A DNA stretch of 64,000 bases from an uncultured bacterium (GTDB taxonomy: Bacteria; Verrucomicrobiota; Kiritimatiellia; CAIKKV01; CAIJXV01): NCBI GenBank assembly GCA_903824675.1, contig CAIJXV010000088.1:7318-71317 (forward strand), read 5' to 3'. The translations under genes and the position numbers were made by a program. Below the pieces are notes generated by a model. That model saw only the letters and a list, made by a program, of their open reading frames with translations, did not search any database and was not told the DNA's origin. Positions 1-10,006 of this stretch are shown in pieces. How positions within the stretch are numbered: the first letter of the stretch is position 1; each line of letters begins with the position of its first letter.

Positions 1-233
1 ATGGAATTGAAATGGTTGGACTGGTTTATCATGATAGGCAGGCTTCGGTGGTGTACAGACATGGTAAGCGGGATCGGTTTGTTTGCCAATCGATATCTTG
101 AGGGCAGCACACCCGAAGAAAAGGTGCTAACCAAAATCTAACAATCCCCTCATTTTTCCCAAATACGCATTCCCTATCTTGGTCCCCACAACAACACCCA
201 TTCCAGAAGGAATGGAAGGAAAGGAACGGGACT

Positions 234-1400
234 ATGAAGCGATGGATGATCGGAATGATGGTGGTGTCGGGAGCGGGATTGGCGCTGGCGCAAACCAGCG
301 TCCCTCCGGCCGCAGTCAAGAATTGGACGGATACGGTCACGGTCAAGGGCGATCTTCGCTATCGGTACGAATCGATCATGGACGATTCGAAAAAGGATTC
401 CAATGGGGACACGATTACCCGCGAGCGGAATCGCATCCGGGCGCGTTTGGGCGCCGAGGCTAAACCGGCCGATGACCTGAAAGTCGGCGTCGAACTCTCA
501 ACCGGTCAGAGCGATCCGGTTTCCGGCAATCAGACCGAGGGGGATGGGTTCATGAAAAAGGACATGAAGCTCAATCTGGCCTACCTCGAATGGAGTGCGC
601 TGCCGAGTGATAATGCGAATGAGGCCAAGTTTACGGCCGGCAAAATGAAGAATCCGTTCATCAATGTTTCAGACCTGATTTGGGATGGCGACTTGACCCC
701 TGAAGGGGTGGCCTTCAAAGGACAGATGGGATCTGAAAAAGTGACCCTGCTGGGTAACGCGGGTTACCTGTGGGTCAAAGAACGCAGCGCCGAAAATGAC
801 GACAGCATGCTCTATGCGGGTCAGGGCGCGGTCAAGATCCAGTTCGTCCCTGAAGTCTCCCTGTTGGCCGGGGTGAGTTACTATGCCTATGACAACATGG
901 TCGGCTACGATGTGATCGATTGGGAAAACAACAAAAACGCCTATGGCAACAGCACGATGAAGGGGAGCGTTTCCGGCTCAACCACCAACAAGGCCTATCA
1001 ATACGACTATACCCCGATCGAATATTTCGCCGAGCTGAACATTTGGGCGGGAATTCCTATCAGTCTGTATGGCCAGATGGTGTCGAACGACGAGGTTGAC
1101 GATCTGGAATCAGGCTACCTCTACGGGGTGCTCCTGGGCAAAGCCAAGAACAAGGGGACCTTCGAAATGGGGTATGCCTATGCCAAGCTTGAAAAGGATG
1201 CCGTGGTCGGGGCTTTCACGGATTCCGATCGTTGGGGTGGTGGCACCGACGGCAACAGCCACAAAATTCAAGCGCGCTATCAGATCACCAAGAACCTCCA
1301 GGTGGGGGCGACATATTTCACGGGTGAGAAGCTGATCTCGGATGACGCCAAAACGGCGGATTACGACCGCCTGCAGGTGGATCTGGTTGCTGCGTTTTAA
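234..1400 (+). CDS. Outer-membrane beta-barrel porin, probably phosphate-selective (OprO/OprP-like); N-terminal signal peptide, C-terminal aromatic residue
   Basis: Signal peptide MKRWMIGMMVVSGAGLALAQ. Alternating beta-strand composition. Terminal ...VDLVAAF with C-terminal Phe is typical of OM barrels. Lies directly upstream of the pst operon. RBS ggaaggaaagg is upstream of the ATG. Confidence 0.6.
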   Translation: MKRWMIGMMVVSGAGLALAQTSVPPAAVKNWTDTVTVKGDLRYRYESIMDDSKKDSNGDTITRERNRIRARLGAEAKPADDLKVGVELSTGQSDPVSGNQTEGDGFMKKDMKLNLAYLEWSALPSDNANEAKFTAGKMKNPFINVSDLIWDGDLTPEGVAFKGQMGSEKVTLLGNAGYLWVKERSAENDDSMLYAGQGAVKIQFVPEVSLLAGVSYYAYDNMVGYDVIDWENNKNAYGNSTMKGSVSGSTTNKAYQYDYTPIEYFAELNIWAGIPISLYGQMVSNDEVDDLESGYLYGVLLGKAKNKGTFEMGYAYAKLEKDAVVGAFTDSDRWGGGTDGNSHKIQARYQITKNLQVGATYFTGEKLISDDAKTADYDRLQVDLVAAF

Positions 1401-1427
1401 ATCGCCGCGGTTGAGAGGGGTATCGCC

Positions 1428-1790
1428 ATGATCATGAGTCAGACAATGGGGCCTGTGGGGGGCGATGCGATGCGTCCCTTGGGCCGCCGGATCCGGCATG
1501 TTCTGGAAAAACGCCAGGCGATGAACCTGGCGGAGATCAGTCGAGCCCTCGTTCTGGATCCCGGTGTCGTGGTGGAGATCCTGAGCGGCCTGGTTGGCGC
1601 CGGAGAGGTGGAGCGGTTGCGGCCCGTGGCCTATCTGGCTGAGGACTGCGATTTCTACCGACTCCGGCGACTGGACGACCAGGCGTTTTTGTGGGAGCAG
1701 AGTTATCTGGAAATCGGGACCCAGGTTCAACGGCCGGTTCCGAGTTTTAACCGGCAGGTGCGCCGGTGGATGGACCGCAAGGTCATGTGA
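1428..1790 (+). CDS. Small hypothetical protein, possibly winged-helix-like
   Basis: 120-aa ORF with RBS gagagggg. Segment AEISRALVLDPGVVVEILSGLVGAGEVERL resembles a winged-helix fold. Sits between the porin and pstS. Confidence 0.45.
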   Translation: MIMSQTMGPVGGDAMRPLGRRIRHVLEKRQAMNLAEISRALVLDPGVVVEILSGLVGAGEVERLRPVAYLAEDCDFYRLRRLDDQAFLWEQSYLEIGTQVQRPVPSFNRQVRRWMDRKVM

Positions 1791-1813
1791 AAACAGCAAA
1801 AAGGAAACGAACA

Positions 1814-2629
1814 ATGAAAAGCATGATGATGGGAATGATATCAGTGGTGATCGGTGCAGGAATGGTATTTGCCGGGGATCCCAATAAGGTCGTGGTGGAC
1901 GGCTCGACAACGGTGGGGCCCATCGCCAAGGCGTTTGCGGAATATGCCATGCAGAAGAACCCGGTGATGAATATCACGGTGAGCGAATCCGGGAGCGGCA
2001 ACGGGGCCAAAAGCCTGCTGAACAACGCCTGTGATGTCGCCACGATGTCGCGCCCGATGAAGAACTCGGAGAAGAAAGCCGCCCAGGAGGCGGGGATTCT
2101 CGCGTTCGAAACTGTGGTGGCCATGGATGGGTTGGCGATGATTGTCCATGAGTCAAATCCGGTGCAGGGGCTCACCCTGGAACAAATCCGCGCGATCTAT
2201 TCCGGGCAGATCGTCAATTGGAAGGAACTGGGCGGGCCGGATCAGCCGATTGTTTTGATCAGCCGGGATACGAACAGCGGGACCTATGAGAGTTTCGAAA
2301 CCCTGGTGATGAAAGGGGCGAAGATCGGGTCCAAGGCGGAATATGTGGGCAGTAATGGTGCGATCCGCCAGCGGGTGGTGAGCACTCCGGCGGCCATTGG
2401 CTATGTCGGGTTGGCGTTTTGCGAAGGGGTCAAGGTTCTGGCGGTCAATCAGGTGACGCCTTCGGCTGAGACGGTTGTCAATAAATCATACCCGATTTCC
2501 CGTCCCTTGTTCATGTATACCAACGGGCGCCCGAAAGCCGGCACGGCGAAAGGTGATTTCGTGTTGCTGGGGAACACCCCGGAGGGACGCAAGATCATTG
2601 AGGATGTCGGATATATTCCGGTTCAGTAA
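1814..2629 (+). CDS. pstS: Phosphate ABC transporter substrate-binding protein PstS
   Basis: Signal peptide MKSMMMGMISVVIGAGMVFA. PstS-family motifs are GSTTVGPIAKAFAEY and SESGSGNGAKSLLNNACDV. RBS aaggaaa upstream. The track ORF starts earlier at 1766, but the ATG at 1814 has the RBS and signal peptide. Confidence 0.9.
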   Translation: MKSMMMGMISVVIGAGMVFAGDPNKVVVDGSTTVGPIAKAFAEYAMQKNPVMNITVSESGSGNGAKSLLNNACDVATMSRPMKNSEKKAAQEAGILAFETVVAMDGLAMIVHESNPVQGLTLEQIRAIYSGQIVNWKELGGPDQPIVLISRDTNSGTYESFETLVMKGAKIGSKAEYVGSNGAIRQRVVSTPAAIGYVGLAFCEGVKVLAVNQVTPSAETVVNKSYPISRPLFMYTNGRPKAGTAKGDFVLLGNTPEGRKIIEDVGYIPVQ

Positions 2630-2761
2630 GCGGATCCGAAATGCCCGGCTCTCCGGGGGATGCGGAAGTAGAGCCAGACCTCCGGGATGGCTCAAGCCAA
2701 GCAGGAATGCCCGGCTTTACTGAGGGATATCGACATCGGGATTGGAAATAAAAGGCAACGA

Positions 2762-3925
2762 ATGATAAAGGGGGATACCTGGTTAACCCCGACGTTGGCA
2801 CGTCGGGGGTTGCTATTGACGCCGGCTGCCCGCCGGCGTCAATGGCTGGTCCGTCATGTGGGGCAGGGATCCCTATTGCTGGTCACCTCGCTCTCGACGC
2901 TGGCGGTTTTATTTATTTTTTATTTCATTATCCGGGATGCGTGGCCCTTTGTGCAACTACGCGGAATCCGTGAATTTTTTACCAGTACGCACTGGTATCC
3001 TTCGGCGGCCGGGGCTGAATTTGGTGCGGCCTCGATTCTTTTCGGCAGTGCGGTGGTTACCTTCGGTGCGATCCTGGTGGCCGTTCCCCTGGGGGTGGCG
3101 GCCGCGGTCTGTTTGAGCGATGTCCTGCCCTTTTCCCTGCGGCAGGGCGTCAAGCCGGTGATTGAAATTCTGGCTGCAATTCCCTCGGTGGCCTATGGTT
3201 TTTTTGCCTTGGTGGTATTTGCCCCCCTGCTTCAGGAAAAAGGGGGCCAGCTGTTGGCCGTGGCCAGTTGGCTGATCGGCGCTCCAGTGCTCGCCCTGGC
3301 GATCATCGTTCTGAGTGACCTGGCGACGACGCGAATGACCGATGCCCGGCGAAGGGCGGGGCGGTGGGGCCTGGCCATGGGGTTGGCGGTACCGGCGTTG
3401 TATGGGCTCTGGGCGCTCTCACGTGGATTGGACGGTCTGCAGATCAACAGTGGTACCAATGCGCTGAATGTGGCCATCATCCTGGGGATCATGGCTTTGC
3501 CTACGGTGGTTAGCGTTTCGGAAGATGCACTCCAGGCGGTGGGTCGTGAATTGCGGGAAGGGAGTTATGCCCTGGGGGCCACACGGGCTGAGACCCTGGT
3601 GAAGATCGTGATTCCGGCCGCGCGGAGCGGGATCACGGCCGCGATTATTCTGGGCGTCATGCGGGCCCTGGGTGAAACGATGGTGGTTTGGATGGCTTCG
3701 GGCAACGCCGCCCAGATTCCCACCCCCTGGTTTAACGTACTGGAGCCGGTGCGGACGTTGACGGCAACCATCGCCGGAGACATGGGCGAGGCGGATCAGG
3801 TCACCGGTTCAGCCCGATATCATGTGCTCTTTTTCATGGCCTTATGTCTGCTGGTTTTTTCCTTTCTATGCAACGGGATCAGCCAGCGGTTTATTCGCAA
3901 AGCCAAACGGATTTCGGAGTCCTGA
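2762..3925 (+). CDS. pstC: Phosphate ABC transporter permease PstC
   Basis: Multi-TM permease with the EAA-like loop region and the PstC-typical N-terminal TM followed by a periplasmic loop. The start is uncertain; the alternative is 2687. Confidence 0.85.
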   Translation: MIKGDTWLTPTLARRGLLLTPAARRRQWLVRHVGQGSLLLVTSLSTLAVLFIFYFIIRDAWPFVQLRGIREFFTSTHWYPSAAGAEFGAASILFGSAVVTFGAILVAVPLGVAAAVCLSDVLPFSLRQGVKPVIEILAAIPSVAYGFFALVVFAPLLQEKGGQLLAVASWLIGAPVLALAIIVLSDLATTRMTDARRRAGRWGLAMGLAVPALYGLWALSRGLDGLQINSGTNALNVAIILGIMALPTVVSVSEDALQAVGRELREGSYALGATRAETLVKIVIPAARSGITAAIILGVMRALGETMVVWMASGNAAQIPTPWFNVLEPVRTLTATIAGDMGEADQVTGSARYHVLFFMALCLLVFSFLCNGISQRFIRKAKRISES

Positions 3926-3928
3926 CCC

Positions 3929-5275
3929 ATGCGCATCGGCACCCGTAAAATTCTCGACCGGTCCTTCACCGCGCTGGGGGGATTTTCGATTGGACTGATG
4001 ATCTTGGCGCTGATCCTGATCCTGGTGCCGATGTTTATCCGGGGAGGGGGGGCCTTGGGGTTTCGGGGGACGATCGAGCACCGGCGGTTGTTGCTCGAAA
4101 AATTCGAACGAGGCAACCGTCCGGCGATCGAGGCGGAGATCCGGCGATTTGAAGAACGTCGGGCACCGATCTACCGCCAGATCGCTGAATTCGAGGCGGA
4201 ATTGACGCGCGGCGACAGCGCCCGCCGGCGCCAATACGCGCCCGCCCTCCGCGATCTTAAAAAAAACCTCGGCATCCTGCTCGGGCCGGCACCCGGTGCG
4301 CCGCGGCCCATGCTGGCGCGCGATCAGTTCGGACAGACCCGATGGGATCGGGCGGTGATCAAGCTCGATCGCGTATTGATTCGGGAAAGCTGGGACTATT
4401 CCGATCCGACTCGCGGCGGCGTGCGTGTCCGGGTGCCCCGTGCCCGCGAATTTGAGGGGACCCCCGTGGCGGGAATATTCCCCTTTCTGGAAAACCATTT
4501 GGCGGAGATTCTCCAGCCGCGCCCGACGTTCTACTGGGGATTCTTAACCGATGAATCGTTCGACTCCCATTTCTTCGGCGGGATCTGGGCCGAGTTGTTG
4601 GGCACGTTTTACCTGACCGCCGGAGCCATGCTCTTTGCCTTGCCGATGGGCATCATGGCCGCCATTTATTTAACCGAATACGCAACAGATGGGCCGGTTA
4701 TCCGCCTGATCACCACCAGCATCACCACTTTGGCCGGGGTGCCGAGCATTGTCTTTGGATTATTTGGACTGGCCTTTTTTATCAATACCCTTCACTTGTC
4801 CAGCGCCAAAAGTGTGCTGGCGGGTTCGCTGACCCTGGCGTTGATGATTCTGCCGACGGTGATCCGCTCCGCAGAGGAGGCGATCCGTGCCGTTCCCCGG
4901 ACGTTTAAGGAAGCGGCCTTGAGTTTGGGGGCCGGGCGATGGCAGACGGTGACCGGCGTGATTCTGCCGGCGGCATTGCCCGGAATTCTGACCGGTGCCA
5001 TTATCAGCATGGGCCGGGCGGCTGGCGAGACCGCGCCGATCATTTTTACCGCCGCGGTCAGCATTGGCAAACCGCTCACCTTGTTCCAGACGCTAACCCA
5101 ACCCACCCCGGCGTTGTCGTGGAATATCTATAACCTGGCCACCGAGCACGAGGCGATGGATGAAATCCGCCATGTCCAGTTCGGCATGGTGCTGGCCCTG
5201 GTATCGTTGGTTCTGATTTTAAACATCGCCGCGATCATCGTTCGCGCTCGCATTTCAAAAAAATTGAAAGGATGA
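3929..5275 (+). CDS. pstA: Phosphate ABC transporter permease PstA, long form with an extended N-proximal loop
   Basis: 448 aa with an ABC permease core near the C-terminus ([21 protein letters not shown]). A ~200-aa extension follows TM1. Positioned between pstC and pstB. Confidence 0.9.
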   Translation: MRIGTRKILDRSFTALGGFSIGLMILALILILVPMFIRGGGALGFRGTIEHRRLLLEKFERGNRPAIEAEIRRFEERRAPIYRQIAEFEAELTRGDSARRRQYAPALRDLKKNLGILLGPAPGAPRPMLARDQFGQTRWDRAVIKLDRVLIRESWDYSDPTRGGVRVRVPRAREFEGTPVAGIFPFLENHLAEILQPRPTFYWGFLTDESFDSHFFGGIWAELLGTFYLTAGAMLFALPMGIMAAIYLTEYATDGPVIRLITTSITTLAGVPSIVFGLFGLAFFINTLHLSSAKSVLAGSLTLALMILPTVIRSAEEAIRAVPRTFKEAALSLGAGRWQTVTGVILPAALPGILTGAIISMGRAAGETAPIIFTAAVSIGKPLTLFQTLTQPTPALSWNIYNLATEHEAMDEIRHVQFGMVLALVSLVLILNIAAIIVRARISKKLKG

Positions 5276-5279
5276 GGGT

Positions 5280-6089
5280 ATGAAAATCCTGATGGCGCCC
5301 GCCCCTGAAGCTGCACCGGTCCCTGCGGCAACTTTTGTTCCGCATGTCTTGGCCCACGATTTTTCGGTGTATTACCGGGCCAACCAGGCCGTCAAACACA
5401 TGACGCTCGGGATTCCCACGGGACAGGTGACGGCGATCATCGGCCCGTCCGGTTGTGGCAAAAGCACCTTTCTTCGCGCCATCAACCGCATGAACGACCT
5501 GGTGCCGGGCTGCCACACCACCGGCGCCTTGATGTTCGATGCTGAAAATATCTACAGCCCCCAGATCGATGTGGTCGGTTTGCGGCGGCGGGTGGGGATG
5601 GTGTTCCAAAAGCCCAATCCGTTTCCCAAGTCGATTTTTGACAACGTGGCCTATGGGCCCCTGCTGTGCGGCGATTACAGTAAGCGGGAACTGGCGGAGA
5701 TGGTCGAACGCAGTCTGCTAGGCGCAGCGTTGTGGGACGAGGTTAAGGATCGCCTGCAACAAAACGCCCTCGGTTTGTCCGGCGGCCAGCAACAGCGGCT
5801 GTGCATCGCGCGGGCCCTGGCCGTCAACCCCGAGATTTTGCTGATGGACGAACCGACCTCCGCGCTGGATCCGCGGGCGACCCTGCGAATCGAGGATCTC
5901 ATCGCCGAGCTACGCGGCCGTTATACCTTGATCATTGTGACGCATAACATGCAACAGGCGGCGCGGGTATCGGATTACACGGTATTCATGTACGAGGGCG
6001 TACAGGTGGAATTTGGATTGACGCGTCAATTGTTCACCAAACCGGCAGAAAAACAGACCGAGGACTATATTACCGGTCGATTTGGATGA
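5280..6089 (+). CDS. pstB: Phosphate ABC transporter ATP-binding protein PstB
   Basis: Walker [13 protein letters not shown] signature [15 protein letters not shown]. Walker [12 protein letters not shown]. Confidence 0.95.
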   Translation: MKILMAPAPEAAPVPAATFVPHVLAHDFSVYYRANQAVKHMTLGIPTGQVTAIIGPSGCGKSTFLRAINRMNDLVPGCHTTGALMFDAENIYSPQIDVVGLRRRVGMVFQKPNPFPKSIFDNVAYGPLLCGDYSKRELAEMVERSLLGAALWDEVKDRLQQNALGLSGGQQQRLCIARALAVNPEILLMDEPTSALDPRATLRIEDLIAELRGRYTLIIVTHNMQQAARVSDYTVFMYEGVQVEFGLTRQLFTKPAEKQTEDYITGRFG

Positions 6090-6121
6090 CCGACGGTCCC
6101 GCCGTCGCGAGGAGGAGTCCC

Positions 6122-6805
6122 ATGAGTGTTTTATTGCAACGCGAAATCGATCGGTTGAAGCGACAGATTCTGGAATTGAGCGCCGAAGTCGAGGAGACCT
6201 TGGTGGATGCGGTGCGGGCGGTGGAGAATCGGGATCCGAGCCTGGCGCGCAAAGCCGCCGCGGGAGAGGCGGCAACGAATGCCCACGAGATCGACATCGA
6301 AGAGGAGTGTTTGAAAATTCTGGCGTTACACCAGCCGGTGGCGAGCGACCTGCGTTTCATCATTGGAGTGCTGAAAATTAATCAGGATTTGGAACGGATT
6401 GGCGACCTCGCGGTCCACATCGCCGAGCGCGCGACCGTTCTCTCCGGGGAGGCGCCCCTGGCGGGGGTCTTCAGTCTGAACGAAATGTCGGGCAAAGCCC
6501 AGATGATGCTGAAAAAAAGCCTGGATGCCTTCGTCAATCAGAATTCGGCTGCGGCCAAAGCCGTCTGCGCGGCGGATTACGAGGTGGATTTATTGAAAAA
6601 GGAGATCAACCGTCAGGTGTTGGCGGCCATCCGGCGTCAGCCGGATCGCTTGGAGGCCTATTTGCAGGTCATGCATGTGGCGCGGCATCTGGAGCGGATC
6701 GCCGACCATGCGACGAATATTGCCGAGGATTTGATTTACATGGTGCAGGGCGATATTGTCAGACACCAGGTGGACGGGGAGACCGGCGGGACTGCAGGAC
6801 GGTGA
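6122..6805 (+). CDS. phoU: Phosphate signalling complex protein PhoU
   Basis: Two PhoU-type repeats: DxxxxxxExxxD-like LERIGDLAVHIAE and LERIADHATNIAEDL. Strong SD aggagg lies 8 nt upstream of the ATG at 6122. The alternative ATGA-coupled start is 6086. Confidence 0.9.
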   Translation: MSVLLQREIDRLKRQILELSAEVEETLVDAVRAVENRDPSLARKAAAGEAATNAHEIDIEEECLKILALHQPVASDLRFIIGVLKINQDLERIGDLAVHIAERATVLSGEAPLAGVFSLNEMSGKAQMMLKKSLDAFVNQNSAAAKAVCAADYEVDLLKKEINRQVLAAIRRQPDRLEAYLQVMHVARHLERIADHATNIAEDLIYMVQGDIVRHQVDGETGGTAGR

Positions 6806-7016
6806 GACGGACGCCGGGTTAGATGTCGGGTCCGTCCTGCCGGAGATCTTGATTCCCGGGGTCCGGGAGCCGCAACGGCCCCAATACTTTACTCCCTCTT
6901 GTATTTACAATTGCAGAAAAGAATTGCAGGGGATTCAATGGGGGGAGTATAAACATTCCTAATAGCCCGTCGGACTTTGGCTGTGCCCAATCCCATAGGA
7001 TTCTAGGAGGACTCTC

Positions 7017-8867
7017 ATGAACGAACACGCACCATCCCCTCGTTGTGCATTGAATATTCGGGTGTACGCCCTTAGTGCCGTTATTTGCGTGGCGATGCTG
7101 ATCGGCAGTGTGGCCCAAGCGGCGAACCGCTACTGGGTGGCGGCGTCGGCCGCCGACTGGAATGCCACCGCCAACTGGTCGACCACCTCAGCCGGAACGG
7201 GAGGCGCGAGTGTCCCCGGTAGTGCGGACATAGCCTTTTTTGATGGGGCCGGCGGCAAAAACGGCGATTGCCGTCTTGACGTCGCGATTACGGTGGGGGG
7301 CTTTCGGATCGAGAGCGGTTACAGCGGTTCGGTCAGGCAGGAAGCCTTAACCCTCACGATCACCAACGCCTTTTATCAGGCGGGCGGCGTGTTCGCGGGC
7401 GGAACGGCAGACATCTCGACTTCCGCGGGATTTACACTCGCCGGCGGTGTATTCACCAATACCAGCGGCATACTCACGGTAGCCTTCGGCAGTCCTATCT
7501 TCTCTTTCACCGGCGGCAGTTTCAGCCATAATAACGGCACCCTCCGCTTTAATTGCACCGTCGCCGCAAATAATAGTGCGGTCTATGCCATTGACATCCA
7601 ACAACCGCTGACGCTGAAGCACCTCGTTTACGATGGCGGCAACAATAACAGCGGTTATTACCGCACTTATTCAAACACTCTTTCCGGGGCAGGTCAGGTG
7701 GTCGTGGAAGGCGATTTTTCAATGAATCCCAGCCGCAATCTGAAGGCGGACAGCGGTACGATTGAGGTGCGCGGCAACATCACCGTAGGTCCCAGGGCCT
7801 ACAGCGGAACGACAAAACTGCTGATCAACGGAACAGGAAACCAGACCTATACGTCAACCGGCGGACGACTGCCGCGCGTGTCGGTGAATAAGCCGTCCGG
7901 CAGTTTTGCGCCGGCAGTCGGCACTACCGACCTGAGTAGCTATGGATTCGAACTCATGTCGGGTGCGTTTGTTGCTCCTGCGGGCATATTTGACATTGCT
8001 GAACTTAATGCCAGCGTCACGTTATTCTCTTTTACCGGCGGCACTTATGACGCGAACAACGGAACACTCCAGTTCTCTTGGGCGAGTTCCACTGTGGCCT
8101 CACGAACGGAAACGATTTACCTGCGCGCACCGCTGACACTCCGACATCTCATTTACACCGGCGGCCATTCCCACCAATACACTCTTTCATATATGAACGA
8201 CATTGCCGGCAGTGGATCTTTGACCGTGGAAGGCGATTTAAAAATCCAGCAAAACGCGGCCAATCGCCTGCTAGCCGTAAATGGCGGAACGATGGAAGTG
8301 CGCGGCAATGTCGAGATCGGGATCGGCGCCAGCGGCGGGACGACCGCTATCAAGCTTGCGGGGGCAGATCCGCAAAATCTGACTCGTACGGACGGAACGC
8401 CCCCAGCGGGCTCTTGGACCATTGCCAAAACCGGGGGAGCGGTCAATCTGGCCACAAGCTTCTCCCTGTTCGGTGCCGCTCAGGATTTATTGTGGAATGC
8501 CGGGAACCTCAACCTGTCCTCGAACACCTTTACCATCGGACGGCATTTGACGATCGGGGCTGGTGCGAAGACGCTGGGCGTCACGGTGGCGGACGCGGTG
8601 ACCGCCGGGCGGTTGACCGTCGCAGGCACGGCCAGCGGCATCAACAACGTCGGCTTGGAGGTTCTGGTTACCGGCCCGAAAACGGAGGTAGCGGGGCAGA
8701 CTTATACCATCCTGAGCAACAACGTCGCGCTCAACTCGGCATTCGCCTCGGTGGCTTGGGGCGTGCCATGGAAGGGAACCGTGGCCTATACGGCTAATAG
8801 CAGCAAGAACGTGACGATTTTCGACCTCATTCAGGGATTTCCCGGTTCGATATTTATCCTTCAGTAA
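7017..8867 (+). CDS. Secreted autotransporter-associated beta-strand repeat protein (putative surface or adhesin-like)
   Basis: Signal peptide ...AMLIGSVAQA. Motif NRYWVAASAADWNATANWSTTSAGTGG is typical of the autotransporter-associated beta-strand repeat family. The FTGG(S/T).xxNNGTLxF modules are repeated. Confidence 0.7.
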   Translation: MNEHAPSPRCALNIRVYALSAVICVAMLIGSVAQAANRYWVAASAADWNATANWSTTSAGTGGASVPGSADIAFFDGAGGKNGDCRLDVAITVGGFRIESGYSGSVRQEALTLTITNAFYQAGGVFAGGTADISTSAGFTLAGGVFTNTSGILTVAFGSPIFSFTGGSFSHNNGTLRFNCTVAANNSAVYAIDIQQPLTLKHLVYDGGNNNSGYYRTYSNTLSGAGQVVVEGDFSMNPSRNLKADSGTIEVRGNITVGPRAYSGTTKLLINGTGNQTYTSTGGRLPRVSVNKPSGSFAPAVGTTDLSSYGFELMSGAFVAPAGIFDIAELNASVTLFSFTGGTYDANNGTLQFSWASSTVASRTETIYLRAPLTLRHLIYTGGHSHQYTLSYMNDIAGSGSLTVEGDLKIQQNAANRLLAVNGGTMEVRGNVEIGIGASGGTTAIKLAGADPQNLTRTDGTPPAGSWTIAKTGGAVNLATSFSLFGAAQDLLWNAGNLNLSSNTFTIGRHLTIGAGAKTLGVTVADAVTAGRLTVAGTASGINNVGLEVLVTGPKTEVAGQTYTILSNNVALNSAFASVAWGVPWKGTVAYTANSSKNVTIFDLIQGFPGSIFILQ

Positions 8868-9010
8868 ATTTGACGGGATGGCGCGCGCCTTTACGTCGTA
8901 ATCCCGCACTTTCGGATTATTTTCGTGTTGCCCCACCCCGAAAGGATGTGATACCCCTATTGCCCTATACCGGAAGGTGAGTCGCGGCCGGCAACCGGAA
9001 CGAAGTACGC

Positions 9011-10006
9011 ATGATCATTAAAACGCACGCTTATGCCCGCGCGGGATTGATAGGGAATCCGTCGGACGGATTCTTCGGCAAGACCATTTCGATCATCCTG
9101 CGCAATTACCGGGCCGAGGCGACGCTTTATGAGTCGCCCGAACTTCGGATTGAACCCAGTCCGGAAGACTTCACCCATCTGGCCTCGCTGAAGGATCTGG
9201 TCCGCGAAGTGAAGCGCCATGGCTATTACGGGGGCATGCGGTTGGCCAAGGCCGCCATCAAGCGGTTTGCGGATTATTGTGACGATCACGGGATCGAGCT
9301 GGAAAATCGCAATTTCACCATCCGGTACACCACCAATATCCCCCGGCTGGTGGGTATGGCGGGATCGAGTGCGATCGTCACTGCCGTGGTTCGGGCCCTG
9401 ATGGCTTTTTACGGCGTGGAAATTCCCAAGCCGCACCTGGCCAATTTGATCCTTTCGGCGGAGAAATCGGAATTGGGGATCAGCGCCGGGTTGCAGGACC
9501 GGGTGATCCAGGTGTACGAAGGGGTGGTCTTCATGGATTTTTCCAAGGAGTTGATGGATCGGCAGGGATATGGTCGTTACGAGCCGATCGCCCCGAACCT
9601 GTTGCCGCCCTTATATATCGCTTTCGACGCCAATCGGGCGGAAAGTTCAGAATGGGTACACAATCCCGTTCGGACGCTGTTCGAAAAAGGGGACCGCAAG
9701 GTGCTTGACGCCATGCAGGGGTTTGCCGAGCTGACCGAGAAGACGCGGATGTTGCTGTTGGCGCGGCGGGGACACGAGATCGGCCCGCTGTTGAACGCCA
9801 ACTTCGATTTGCGGACGACGATCTACAATATCGCCGAAGGCAATCGATCCATGGTCATGACCGCCCGGCGGGCGGGAGCTTCAGCCAAATTTGCCGGGTC
9901 CGGCGGTGCGATCATCGGCACGTATGAGGACGAAACGATGTTCCGGGCTTTGGAAAAAGCCTTGAACGGGATCGGCTGTGTGGTGTTCAAACCGGAGATT
10001 GCATGA
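9011..10006 (+). CDS. GHMP-family sugar kinase (glucuronokinase-like sugar-1-kinase)
   Basis: N-terminal YARAGLIGNPSDGFFGKTIS. GHMP ATP motif PRLVGMAGSSAIVTAVV. The stop overlaps the galU start (ATGA). Confidence 0.7.
   Translation: MIIKTHAYARAGLIGNPSDGFFGKTISIILRNYRAEATLYESPELRIEPSPEDFTHLASLKDLVREVKRHGYYGGMRLAKAAIKRFADYCDDHGIELENRNFTIRYTTNIPRLVGMAGSSAIVTAVVRALMAFYGVEIPKPHLANLILSAEKSELGISAGLQDRVIQVYEGVVFMDFSKELMDRQGYGRYEPIAPNLLPPLYIAFDANRAESSEWVHNPVRTLFEKGDRKVLDAMQGFAELTEKTRMLLLARRGHEIGPLLNANFDLRTTIYNIAEGNRSMVMTARRAGASAKFAGSGGAIIGTYEDETMFRALEKALNGIGCVVFKPEIA

Noticed and set aside
1110-1910. 266-aa minus-strand ORF
   Set aside because: It overlaps the porin, the small ORF and the pstS start on the opposite strand. 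It has no RBS or domain, so it is a shadow ORF.
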